From assembly GCA_964270895.1 (NCBI GenBank), contig OZ185437.1: a DNA stretch of 64,000 nucleotides; one strand, given 5' to 3'. Below, piece by piece: positions 24,451-36,723 of the stretch. Each line of letters begins with the position of its first letter. The stretch's first letter is position 1. A program made the translations under genes and the position numbers. This DNA comes from Podarcis filfolensis (lineage: Eukaryota). The notes beneath the pieces are model-generated. The model saw only the letters and a program-made list of their open reading frames with translations. It searched no databases and had not been told where the DNA came from.

Positions 24451-25244
24451 CATAGGTATTATGGAGGAAGATGGTTACATTTCTTTGTTCGTATCAGTAG
24501 AATTTCCCAACTAGCAGCCATTCAATCTTTTCTAGATTAAGTGTCAACCTGTTTGCCCTCATCCATCCCAGTTTTCAGACACCTGTTCAGAACATCCATG
24601 GTACAACAGAGCTTTAGAGGCTCCTTGTCCAGCTTTCTGCCAGCAGTTTCCTGTTGAGATGCCAGCTAAGTTCTCAAGCCAAGCTCAGGGGTACATAAAT
24701 TCCCTCTTCGAAAGCAGAAGTGAGCCTTAACAGCCTTGGAGATTTCCATCAGGCTGAGCTAACCCTGTGCCAACTAGGGAATTATTGCAAACAAAGATCC
24801 AGCGTGCTAAGAGAACATTCAGTGCACTGATTCTTTAGCAGCCAAAAAAACTTTATAAACCTCTTAATTTCAGCTCTATGCAATGTAGTGGATCAGTGTT
24901 GCTGTATCACACTGAATAGGACTGGGATTAAAAGATGTAGGGTGGGAAAGGGAAGTCAGTGCCACAACCAGGTGTTCTTAGGGTAGCACCCTTGATGGAT
25001 GATATCATCATCATCATCATTACTACAATATATATACTGCCTTTCTACAAATAACACCCAAGGTGCCTAACAGTGATAATACCACTTAAAATATACAGCA
25101 ACACAAAAAAGAAGTTACTAACAAGATTAACTTCATAGTGATGGTTTGTCATGAACGTGCCTATCTAGGCTGCTTTGTTCCTTCATGCAAATGAACAGAA
25201 AACAAACCATAGTCCTCAGCTTACTTATGAACCAAGGACTGTGG

Positions 25245-25246
<2 letters not shown>

Positions 25247-25296
<50 letters not shown>
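25247..25296. repeat. (TC)n microsatellite
   Basis: Perfect TC run of 50 nt. Confidence 0.95.
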
Positions 25297-25300
<4 letters not shown>

Positions 25301-25558
25301 ACCGTACTCAGTAAGCCAAGAACGCAACTTGTCCTATCACAGTTTGTTTAGAGCAAAACAAACTATGTTCTCTTCTTTCACCATCTTTCTTTTAGTTTGC
25401 TGTGCTTTCTGCATCACATGCTGGTATTCAATTGGCAATGAGTTTTGCAGAAAAAGGAAGGGACACTCAATATACGATTGCTGGAGAATGTAGAGCCCAA
25501 ATGAAGGTGCCATTTTAAAATGAAAAACGATGTGCCATTTTTAAACGAAGGGACTCAC

Positions 25559-25687
25559 CTTCTTTATAGTTGCAGAGTACTGAGCCAGCATATTCTGGTC
25601 GAGTCCTTCGATCTGTTTCAGCTTCTCGCACACAGCGTCAACCGTCATCGAGCTCAAAGGCACTTGGGGTGCTCCTGAGCCTGTTCC
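25559..25687 (-). CDS. KIDINS220: KIDINS220 exon, start of SAM-like domain (GTGSGAPQVP...VCEKLKQIEGLDQNMLAQYSATIKK)
   Basis: CCCTTGCGCAG acceptor, AAG|GTGAGT donor, 129 nt, phase 0-0. Confidence 0.97.
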
Positions 25688-26995
25688 CTGCGCAAGGGAG
25701 AAGTACATACATGCAATACGTTCAGAGGTCATTATGCCTACTGCACATTGCTTTTCTTTGCAGAAGCAAAACGTAACACGCACCTGAGTCACAATGGAAA
25801 GGCAACGCCCCCCCCCCAAGAACTGGGAATATTGGTATACTGTCTGGTGCCCCCACCCCACCCAAGTTGAGACACTGTCCTTTCCAGATTAATACTCCAG
25901 TTTTTAAAAAGTGTTTAAAAATTAATAATAATTGCATTGTGTCATTATAAGCAAGGAGACCCATTAGAAATTTGCTCAAGGTGTTCATGGATTTAAAAGT
26001 TAAATAACTTCTGACATAAAGACCAAGGAAACTTGATGACCTCTGCAGTGTACTTATTCTTCACATATACTTTCAGTGCTTGGTTCTTATGAGAGCAAGG
26101 TCTAAGAACCAAGGAAGACGCTCAAAATATCACTCATTATATAAATCTGTCCCAAGGATTCCTGGCACAATAGCATAGTGTCCTTGAACCAGATCTTAGC
26201 TAATGCTAGTTCTAATCAGAGCAGACCCAATGAAATTAATAAACCTGACTAATTTAGGTCAATTTATTTCAATGGGTCTACTCTGAGTAGGACTAACACT
26301 GGCTGCAACCCGATGCTTTTTGAATTGCCTGAGCCAATAAAGAGGGGGACATAAAGGTATGTCCCCCGTTTTAGACATTTTGTCTTAGGGAGGAATCCAA
26401 GAGGCAGTTGTGCCACGATAGCCCTCTATGTGTTTGTGTGTGTTACGTGCAAGGGAAATAAATGTACATTTTGAAAAATTGGTGCTTTAAAACCACTAAG
26501 GTTCCCTGCTAATGGAAGCATGTCTTTTTTAAAAAAATGAAGGCTTCTTTAAAGAACTGTAGAATCCTCACTCAACTTGTATAATAAGGAGCTACCTCAT
26601 CGACACAGAAACATTCCACTGCTCTGAGAAACTCATAAATTCTCTTTTTTCACATTCAAAAGCCAGGAAAGCTCACTGTCTAAAGGACCATAATCAAGGT
26701 GCTAAATAAACATATTTGCAAGAAAGGATGCAATTGAGTAACATAACTTCTCCAAAGTATTTTGGCACTAAAAGCCCCAGAACAACAAGCTGCTTCAGGA
26801 AGGGCAGCAAAAAAGTATTTTAATGCCATTGTGGGGTGTTTGCACTCAGCTCAGCTCACAGGTAGCAGATTCAACTAAGGACCTGTCAAAGCAACTGAAA
26901 GCCAAACTGTGACAACCGATACATTACAGTATTCAGAAAATGTCTGGAAAGCAGACTGCAACCTGTCTGGTGCAAGGTGGAAATAAAATTAAGCA

Positions 26996-27035
<40 letters not shown>
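26996..27035. repeat. (TAT)n microsatellite
   Basis: Perfect trinucleotide run. Confidence 0.95.
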
Positions 27036-27872
27036 TCTGTTTGTTTAATGCAGTCTTGAAAAGGTTTCCTTGAGTGCTTGAGTCAGGCCCACTACTAACA
27101 AAAAATGTGCTACAAAGCAAAAATTCTCAGATGCTAAATCTATGCCTCATTTCTGTATAACCTCTATACCAGGATACCGCCCAAAACTGTAATCTTAAAA
27201 GACAGTTGGTGTAAAAAAAAAAGTGATCAGTGGCTGTGTTGCATGTTAAAATGAGCAAAGACGTTGGCTTAATAAACCACACAGTGCACAACCGGCATGT
27301 TGGTGCCAGGATTGATCGACAGTCTTAAACCAAGGTTGGTTGTCTGCTTCTAAATCCTGACTTGCTAGGGAGAAAGAAAGAAAACAATGGTCCCATGTTT
27401 GGATGCCATTCTAATCCTCTCTATGGTTCGTATATCCATTCATGCAAAGGGAAGAACAAAGTGGGCATCGCCAGGCACTATGCGGTTTATTAAACCAAGG
27501 TTCTTTAGGTTATCATTACACATGAGTGTGGCCACTAAGAGATGGATGTAATTTGGAAGAAAAAAAATCCTCTGTACAAGTTTTTTGAAATATTCCTTCA
27601 CAAGACTGGCTTCACAGCTTAACACACATTACTAATCAATATAACATTGACAAAGTAGTAATTATTTTTCTTTAAGTGATCCCAAAATGGTCAATAAGAC
27701 TATGCATTTCTTAGGATCTATTCTATTGTGATCAGATGCAGGGGGAAGAGTGTGTGCCTGCTATTATGGGGGGGCGGTGTGCCAGTTTTCAGGGTGCACG
27801 CAACACAAAAAAGTTTGCTTGAACAGGGAAATTCCTCCCTTCCCACCCACCCCAGCATTGCATGGGACAGGC

Positions 27873-27900
27873 GTGTGTGTGTGTGTGTGTGTGTGTGTGT
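27873..27900. repeat. (GT)n microsatellite
   Basis: Perfect GT run. Confidence 0.95.
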
Positions 27901-28824
27901 ACATATACAGACATACATACACATACACAAAGACTATGGCTGCATGGAGATGGATAACTAGGGCTTTCCATCTTCCTTGGTCAATATGTAGCAGTGGTAG
28001 TCATAAGTCTCATTGTGTAGCCCATATTCACATTCGACAAGTGGCTCTGATAACGTTTTCTTAACAGAAGTCACAATTTTAATAAGGCATAAAGATAATG
28101 AATGAAATAGTCCATAAAAACTGAAGCAGAATGTTATAGATCACTTCTTACTCAACTCAGTAATTCAAACCATATTAAAAATAATGCCTAAATGCATTAG
28201 TTTTATCTGTATTATATGAATTCTATATACAGTTTTAGTGGGCTTTCCTAACATGTTTAGAATTCAGTTACGATTCCAACTATCCAGTTACCAAACTCAG
28301 TATCTGAACTATGTATGAAGCAGGAAGGAAAGCAGAAAATTGCTAAAATGCAAAATGTAGTAATTACTGATGCTGTATTTCAGTGGCAAATAGTCATTTC
28401 AGCATGCATTGTAAGCTATTTTAGGGAAGACTTTTCTTACAAAAATACATAGATTACTGATGTCAATGCATGAATCATATGACAGAGATTCAGTTTAATC
28501 TGGAATGCTCCCTATTAAAAAAGCAGTATTTAAATAATAAGCAGTGCAGGTGCTTTTAGTGATATTTGCCATAAGTGAATTGGAACTGTACTTAAAACCG
28601 ACATATTTCCCCCCCCAGTGGTAGTCTCTTTCATTATAGATGTGGAAAGAACATTAATTCTACTAAATATCTGCCATGCAAAATCCAAAAAGCAGGATGT
28701 CAAAGCAATCCTCAAGACTTGAAAAGTGCATTAGTGCATAAGACAGCCAGCATGAAGTGCTAGTATGGACAATCTACAATGAGAATATAAAAATAAGTGA
28801 ACAGTTTGCAGAAAGTTGCTGTAC

Positions 28825-28857
28825 CTGTCTCTGTCTGTTTAACCCAGTTTTACACTG
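28825..28857 (-). CDS. KIDINS220: KIDINS220 alternative 33-nt microexon QCKTGLNRQRQ
   Basis: Long pyrimidine tract then AAG acceptor, CAG|GTACAG donor, phase 0-0; resembles the rodent alternative segment PCDSGFNKQRQ as recalled. Confidence 0.8.
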
Positions 28858-29293
28858 CTTTAAGAAAAAGGACAAAAAAAAGTGACACAGCTTAACATGA
28901 AACATGAAAAAAATGCCATTAAAGAATGACCTAGTATGGTTACCAAGATTTCTTCGTCAAAGTGATGGAGGATAAACAGCTGGGATTTCTTTTAAAAGTG
29001 GAATACTTTTATACTTAACACATGCTAGACAAGATCCAAAGAACTGTTCTACACATCCAAGGGGATTCTGTGCCTGTGTTTCTCCAATAATTCCATGTTG
29101 CATTGCAAACCGATGTTGGGCTTTCTAGATCAGTTTCTGATATGGCATCACTGATCATAACCCCACAGTGCAGTCTCAGGCCCTCAGAGACACTTAGAGC
29201 AATTGTTTGACAACACAGTATGCACTGGAGAACTTTTTATGCACCTCTGCAGCTCGTTACACTCTTGATCTGCGGTGAAATTCCTGCAAAGCA

Positions 29294-29420
29294 AGGGCAG
29301 CCAAACTTTGGCTCTCCCATTGCTGTTGGACTCCAACTCCCATCATTCCTTGCTGGCTGGGGCTGACGGGAGATGGGAGACCAACAACATCTGCAGGGTC
29401 ACAGCTTTGCCACCCCTGCT
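29294..29420. mobile_element. degenerate hAT-like MITE
   Basis: GGGCAGCCAAACTTTGG...GCTGTTGGACTCCAACTCCCATCAT...CCAACAACATCTG, palindromic family also seen at 31049, 45133 and 60807. Confidence 0.6.
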
Positions 29421-31048
29421 ACGGAGGGCTATTAAGGCACAGAAGTCTGTGTAAAAAATATCATGAAAACTCAGGGCTTCCAAGTTCAAAATGGTATCCA
29501 ATTCTGCCTGCGCAGACTTCCGTTCGCACAGCAGGACTCGCCTTCCCCTCCTCCCCTCTACATCCTTCATGTGCCTGAAAAATCTGCTCTGGAAGGTACC
29601 CCAGCTCTCTGGAACAGATTTTGAGAGCATTCTGAGGTTTGGAGAGAGAAGGAAAGTAAGGTGAAGACCCACTGTGCACAAGTGAGTACTGTCCTTGTTC
29701 AACTGTGTTTTACTCAAGAGTAAACCCACTTAGATTAACAAACACCACAAAGTTAAGGCCATTGTTTTCAACAGGTCTATTCTGAGCAAAACGTGAGTTC
29801 AATTCCACCCTTCATATTTATACAAATAAAATACCTGATTTATTGCAAACAGGGATTGTAATCCAGCAAACGTTTCCTCCAGGTGTAGCTAGGTTTTTAC
29901 TCTTATTGCAATGGCCAGTGCTGGAGGTTCCTTGCTTTTACTGCTGATAACAAGACCTAGTTGTATACTCAGTTCAGGGCCATGGGAATAGTACCAATCT
30001 CTTTCACTGAGAGGAATCCAGCAAGAGTCCCACTGAAAGCAGTTACTTCAGTGTGACTTAGCCCGTTATGTTAAACAGTTCTGCAGAACCCATAGCAGGA
30101 TTTATTATTATTACATGCATAGTGCCATTGGGGTGAAATACTAGAATCATGCCTGTACCATGCTTCAACATGTACGACGCTCAATTTTTAATGCAAACTA
30201 AATCCCTCATTTTCACATCATTTATTAATGCTAGCTTCTTTTGGTAATGCTTTCCTTCTACCTTGTTTTGGTCTTTTCTAAATAGCAAAATGTAAAGGTA
30301 TTATGTTTAATAAAACCAATTTTGTCCATTCTACTGGTACAATCACCTTGTAATCTATCAAGTTTTTATAACACTTATTGTAGAGACTGCCTGGGAGAAT
30401 GTAAAAAAGAACTTAGAATTTTGATGAGACAAACATTTTAAAACATTTGAGCAAAACTGACACCTTCTTCAAACTTCAGAAAACTGTGAGGTTGAGGTCA
30501 CTCATACTTTCTCAAATAATCACTAGGAAATAATTAAAATCTTACTATACAATCAGGTAAGCACCTTTTAATTAATTCAAATGCACTTGTGAATAAAAAG
30601 AAAGATAGCAAGGGAAAGAAAGTATATTTTATCGGTATCATAAAGCTGTTATAAAAAGGGAACCTACTATCTATGGGGGGTAAACCATCTTATATCAGAT
30701 TGAACAGGAGAAAAACAGGCTCTGTGCAACTACTCAAAAGTTTCTCCTATCTGTTTATATGAATGCTTCTATATATACCCTTCCCTGTGAATAATTATCA
30801 TTGTACTCAAACATATGTTAGGCTGGATTCCCAAATCCGTAACATAACATAATCATTCCAGCTTTTATCTTTGTTATTAAATTATCCATGGACTTGTCTC
30901 ACTCAAGACTTGCACCAGTAATGGCCAATGTGGTGGCAACAAGGGAAGGAAGGAGTCTGCTGTCACTGAACAACAGTTGTGAAGGGAGAAGAGGCAGGCT
31001 AGGTCATTTTGCTGGACCATACCCATTATGCAGGTGATTCATCTACAC

Positions 31049-31185
31049 CAGTGTTTCCCAACCTTGGGTCTCCAGCTATTTTTGGACTACAATTGCCATC
31101 ATCCCTGACCACTGGTCTTGCTAGCAAGGGATGATGGGAGTTGTAGTCCAAAAACAGCTGGAGACCCAAGGTTGAGAAACACTAA
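31049..31185. mobile_element. hAT (Charlie-like) MITE, near-palindromic
   Basis: TIR CAGTGTTTCCCAACC / GGTTGAGAAACACT; 8-bp flanks ATCTACAC and GTCTGCAC match at 6 of 8. Confidence 0.8.
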
Positions 31186-32046
31186 GTCTGCACTACCACA
31201 AGCTATAAACAAGGTGGAAGTGATGCAGGGTGAGGGGTGAATTTTGATGGAATCCTCCTCTTATTCTCTAAAATATTTGGAAGAAGGTGGGAGAGACTGA
31301 GTTTATCCTGCATGAGTATTTAGACTATGATCAGAAAACTAAAATCATACAACCAAAAGCTGTTGCAGAAAAACAGGATAAAGCCATTGAGAGATGGGTT
31401 ACCATCCAAGTTCAAATCAACAACTTTAAAATAGAGTTAAGAATTAGAGGTTTTGGAAGTAAGATCCGAGATTAATGCTAATCTATGGAGATATTTGTAT
31501 GGCAGGAACAACTATGATAGAATGCACAATGCAAAGCCTGCCTATTCCTAAGGCTCAAGACAGGCACCTTCCATTCTCATGACAACTGTCTTATGACCAG
31601 CTTTATGTCTTGTCGACTGCAGCAGCTTTATGCCCTGACATAACCAAGAAAGGGCAGGTATGAATTATTCGGCTAAAACACTTAGAGAAGGCATCAACCA
31701 GTCACTTTTATGTAAGTGAATAGCTAATAGCCTAATTCCCTTCTACTAGCCAGGGCAATACTGCTAATGAAGAGAGAACACACTGTACTCTACTGAAAAC
31801 ACTGTACTCCACAGACTACAGAAGGCTAGCAAGGGAAAGACAAATACAATATGCATTATAAGTAGAGTATTAGCTCGTACTCTTGTACTCATTCACAAAC
31901 TATGTTCATTAGTCTTCATCTATTCTATTTGCTCATCAAGCCACCAATGCAGTGTTAGTGAACTGCCATGGTCATTCAAGCAGACTCATTACTGTTGAAG
32001 AAGCAATGAGATGCTAAGGATCCACACCACATGACTACTCATTTAC

Positions 32047-32103
32047 CATTGAGGGGTCTGTGGGTGAAGGAAGCCACTCAGCAGCATCCTCCTTGATAAC
32101 ATC
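32047..32103 (-). CDS. KIDINS220: KIDINS220 alternative 57-nt exon (DVIKEDAAEWLPSPTDPSM)
   Basis: Similar to human EVIKEDAAEGLSSPTDSSR; TAG acceptor, ATG|GTAAAT donor, phase 0-0. Confidence 0.92.
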
Positions 32104-33637
32104 CTAACAACAACAACAAATTATTACGATTTGGACAAAACGGTTAAGCATGCAACAAAAGTATGAAGGAACAATGGATGAAAAGAATATATCATTCTGC
32201 AAAAGAACGGGTTTTCGGTTTTTAAGGGGTGAGGAACGTTAAGACTTGCAAGAACATGATGTGGCTCGACAAGGCTTTTTTCCCCGGACCTGTGAAAAAG
32301 AACCGTGCGTGGCCACTGTGAGTTGGTTCCCAGCACTCAATCAGGAACAGTTTGCACCCCTCTTCTCTTCCCTTTGCATGCTTCAGTTCCCTACATTACT
32401 TCCAGGTTAGCAGGAAGCCATTGTTTGCCATTACACATCACTGCTAGGCAAACAATGACTTGTGTGGAGCATCGTTTGTCCACAAATCAGAACTTGAAAT
32501 GAAGCAAAAGAGGAAGAGGCATGTGAACGCAAGGCTCATTCATGTTCTGGCCAAGCATTACATCCGAACTGAGTGCCTGTACTCTGCAGTAGATCAGTCA
32601 TTCCCGGGAACTGGGAAGAAACGCCCTTTCAGATTAGAAGTCTTTGCAGGTCAATAGTGGTCCACAGGCTATAACTGCCTACTACTAGGTTTTGAAGATG
32701 TTTACAATAACATTTTTATAAATACTGCACAGCTTTACCCGAAAGGCACCTATATTCCACAGCTGAAGTAGCCTAATAGTTTTCTTAATACTTCCTATTT
32801 AAAGAACATAGTACAATGTGATTTCCTGTTAAGAAGTTTTTAATTTATGGAATTATGGCACCATTTCACAAATGTGGTTAAAAGTTCAATTTATATGCGG
32901 AAGGAAAATTCAAATTCTAGAACTTGCCCAAACTAAAAACAAAACATATTTTGTTTTATATCTGAATGTTAACATACACATTTTTAATCCACAGCTTCCC
33001 CTTTGTCATTATGGTTTGCTATTTTCTTAAATCTAAACAAAAAAGAACCTTTAGGTTGTATCCAACACTGTACAAAAGGAGGCCTGCTCCCAGAACATGA
33101 CTTCCCCTTCCTCTCCTTCTCCCCCAAATCTGCTTTTGGGGGTCCCCCAACCCTCTGGAGCAAATTCTGAGAGTGTGTAGGCAGCTGCAGAGGGAAGGGA
33201 GGGGAAATAAAATTCTGTTGTGCAAGCAGAACAGCAGTGTTGGGTACAACCATTATCTTTCTGTAGTCTATAAATGGCTTAACATTAATCATTTTATTCT
33301 AGCAAACGACACCTAAATTCACAATAAGTTAACTACACTTATTACATACTATAAACAGAACCTCTATATTTTCACTCTATAAAAATATTCTGTAAGACTC
33401 TTACGTATTACTCTTAATACTAGAGTCCAAAATTTCTATGTATATAAACTTGTTAAAAAGTTTGAAAAAAAAACAACACATTTTTCAATCTTAGTTAACC
33501 TTGGCTTTAATTTTTATAAAAGATATTTTTAAAAATTGCTTGTGCATTTATGTGCTCACATTAAACATCTATTGCTGAATTATTGACTAATCTTATTTTG
33601 TAAGTTAGCATGTTCACGTACTGTTTGAGATACTTAC

Positions 33638-33748
33638 TAGACCACTGCTCTGTTCCCTGGACATACTCGTTTTTAGTGATGGACGTGAGATGAGATGAGA
33701 ACTGCCAGGATAATACCTTGGCATGTAAACATATGGGGCAAAGAATGG
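33638..33748 (-). CDS. KIDINS220: KIDINS220 alternative exon (PFFAPYVYMPRYYPGSSHLISRPSLKTSMSREQSSGL)
   Basis: Similar to human PFFAPYLYTPRYYPGG...; TTTCCATAG acceptor, CTA|GTAAGT donor, 111 nt. Confidence 0.93.
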
Positions 33749-35019
33749 CTATGGAAAAAAACATGCAACAAAAAGGGACCATTACAAAAATCAAAAGAAA
33801 ACTTAATTTAACAAATACAACTTATTTAAGAATGTAAAACATAAAAGTAAAACACACACAAACACACAATTTACTTCTTGAGGAAATTTTAACAATCCTA
33901 TTTTGATTATCAAAGGTGAAATAATTAGGTAGTTACATACCCAACTTGAAGCCAATGAGAGATTTCCAATTTAGTTCAACGAGACACAAACAGTAGGACA
34001 ATGGAACATTTTTATAATGAATTATGAAAACATCTATACACCTTCCAAAAGCAATTAAATGAAGCATTTAGAGCAAATGCTAAAATCAGACAGTTTAATT
34101 CCATTCTAATACTAGAATAATCTCACGGGAATAAATGTGACTTGAGGACTATGGCTTAAGTATCTAGGAAGTGTAAAACGGGTGAATTCAAGAGGCAATT
34201 TGTGTTATTCAATTTTCATCAATTTTAGAATTCAGACTGCTTCTCAAACCTTGTCAGGTGTAACTTGAAAAATACTGTGTGATGGAGACCTCTAATATTA
34301 AAAAACTTAGTGACTGGCCAATTCATGACTATGTATGTATCCGGGTCTACATCTGAAGGGTCCAAGCCCAACATTTACAGAACAATCATATACATGTCTA
34401 CACATATGTGAGTCCCAATGAGTTCAATGAGACTTACTTGCAGAGATAATTGGCTATAGGGTTGCAGTCTTAATCCAGTTTGTGTGATGAAGTCAACACA
34501 CACAGGTTTCTGCAGGGTTTACACATAATCACCATCTTTGGATGATCACATCCTTAATAAGCAGAGATAAGAACAAATATTTTGCTTGCACATACAAACC
34601 TTTCACTCTTTAAAAAAAGTGCCCTCTAGTTAGCCAAAGTTCCCAGACTATTCACCAGTGTTTGAGGCTGGTTTACTATAATGGCTTTTTCCAAAGCTAA
34701 GCTAGCAAGCACAGTTTCCTGGTTTGAGCTACATGATTCATGGTCTGAGAGGAACAAAAAGGCTGTGTGTGCAGGCAAAAGGCTCATTTGCATCTCATTT
34801 CAAGCCAAAATATGGTCACCCATACTAGGTTGATGAACTATTCTACATGCATCCAGATTGCAAAACAGCACCCTGGTTGAACACACTTTTCAGAGATTGG
34901 TTTGTGTAGCACTTGGCAACCTGGTAAACCATTGAGAAGACTAGTTCAACACGTGCCGTAACTCCATACTTGTAAGTGGGCTTTGCACATTCTAAGCAGC
35001 CAACATTACGCCCTTTACC

Positions 35020-35127
35020 TGCTGTTGGAATCCAATTCCAATCAAAACCAGTATGGCCCATGGTCAGGGATGATGGGAGTTGCGAGTCCAACAACATCTG
35101 GAGGGCACCAGGTTGGGGAAGCCGCTT
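35020..35127. mobile_element. hAT-like MITE fragment
   Basis: GGTCAGGGATGATGGGAGTTGCGAGTCCAACAACATCTGGAGGGCACCAGGTTGGGGAAG half of the same family. Confidence 0.6.
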
Positions 35128-35549
35128 TAACCTATGAGCGACCCTATAAACAACCTTCCTTCTATGCAGTTACCAAAACCATGGAGCCTAATCTTTCTTC
35201 CATTTGTCTACTTCCTGCAATTATGTAAAGATTTATGGCTACCGATAGTCTTGCTCAAACGTGCATGTTCAAAACCAGCACACTAAAAGAGACAAAATCT
35301 TTTTTAAAAAATTCTGAGCATATTCCAAAATATTTCATCACTGTTGCATCATTCGAACCAAAAGTGCATTTCTTCACAAACTTAGCCCCATGGTTGAGAT
35401 TTGCTGTGTACTTATGAATAAAAATGCTATGGTTTTCATCAGTTTTCTGCTGAAGAAGTGTGGCATTTTAAACAAAGTATTTATTACACCAGGAAAATCA
35501 TCATCATCATCATCATGCGTCAATTTTCAAAAGCAGCTTTCTTTCTTAC

Positions 35550-35776
35550 TCTATTATAGAATGGATGCTGAGGTCCGGTCATGCCGCTGTAGTAGCTGCT
35601 GTGAGGCTGTGGAGATACAACTCCTGCATTAAAAGGCCCATTAAAGGAGTGTGTCGAAGAGCAGGCTGAGGAAGGCTGGCTAAACACCGACGATGCTCTA
35701 GGAGCTGCCTCTTGCAAAGGTAACGTGGGATATGGGATTGCTCCAATGTTAATTTGGTCTCTTGCAGCACGGACAT
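35550..35776 (-). CDS. KIDINS220: KIDINS220 exon, proline-rich region ([12 protein letters not shown]...GPQHPFYNR)
   Basis: Phase 1-0, 227 nt, AG/GT bounded, clear similarity to the mammalian exon. Confidence 0.97.
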
Positions 35777-36683
35777 CTGAAATATTTAATTTGCAAAAGT
35801 AATCAGCAAGCATTGCCAATAACATATAATCTAAAAATCAAAACAAAGGACACAATTAGAGCTTCCTGGCAAATTGTTGCACGTTCTGTTCTCTCTCTGG
35901 AGACAGAAGTGGATTCAGCATTAAGATCAGTCTCTCTCTCCCAGAACCAGAGGAAGAACAAAAACTTGGAAGGTCTTGGCAGAACAAGGGCTTTCCTTTC
36001 TTTCTCCAGACCTCTTAGTTCAACACTGAGAACGCAGAATCTCAAAATAAATAAATTTAAGAGCTGACCCCTGCTTCCTCAAACCCCTGTTATATACGAG
36101 TACTGCTCCATTATGGAGAGCAATGAAAACAGCAAGGATCAGTGGCAGCTGGTCCTTATTGGTCCTGGCAGAAGACAGGGCAGCAAATGGTAGATAAAGG
36201 CAGTGGTAGACACGCCCCATTCTACTGGTTCTGCTCCTTTCAAATTACCTTGCGAGAATTATGAATGAAGGACCTTCAAGAAAGTGGTGTGTCTCCACAT
36301 TACTTCTATAAGGAGAGGGGCAACCAAACCTCAAAAAAGAGTAAGGAAAGTAGGGGGGGGTGGATAAGACATTTGTCAAATCCCCCCACCCCGTCCCAAC
36401 AGGAAGCAGACTAAAGGGGCAGTTTCATATTACCTCTTGCTCCCTATTTTTGCTGCTGCAGCTAACAAACGTATGGAAGAAGGGAAAATGCTAAGGGGAG
36501 ACGCTGGTGATGCTAAGCACCCCCTCCCCTCAGCTCCCTTCACCCACTGCATTGTCCTCTATTATAAATAATAATAATAATAAATAGACTCACTCACTGA
36601 GATGTTTTTTTCCTGATGCTTGGCTTCATTCCACCTCCACTCCAAGTTCCCTCTCTCTCTGTCTTTCTGTCTGTTACTGTCTG

Positions 36684-36684
<1 letters not shown>

Positions 36685-36722
<38 letters not shown>
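36685..36722. repeat. (CA)n microsatellite
   Basis: Perfect CA run. Confidence 0.95.

Positions 36723-36723
<1 letters not shown>

Noticed and set aside
29343-29729. 128-aa minus-strand ORF as a retrocopy or extra exon
   Set aside because: No recognisable family, runs into a MITE, no matching donor
31565-31620. Segment with scattered resemblance (SW..QL..ME) to a recalled mammalian small alternative exon
   Set aside because: In-frame stops, no pyrimidine tract, weak donor; likely coincidence
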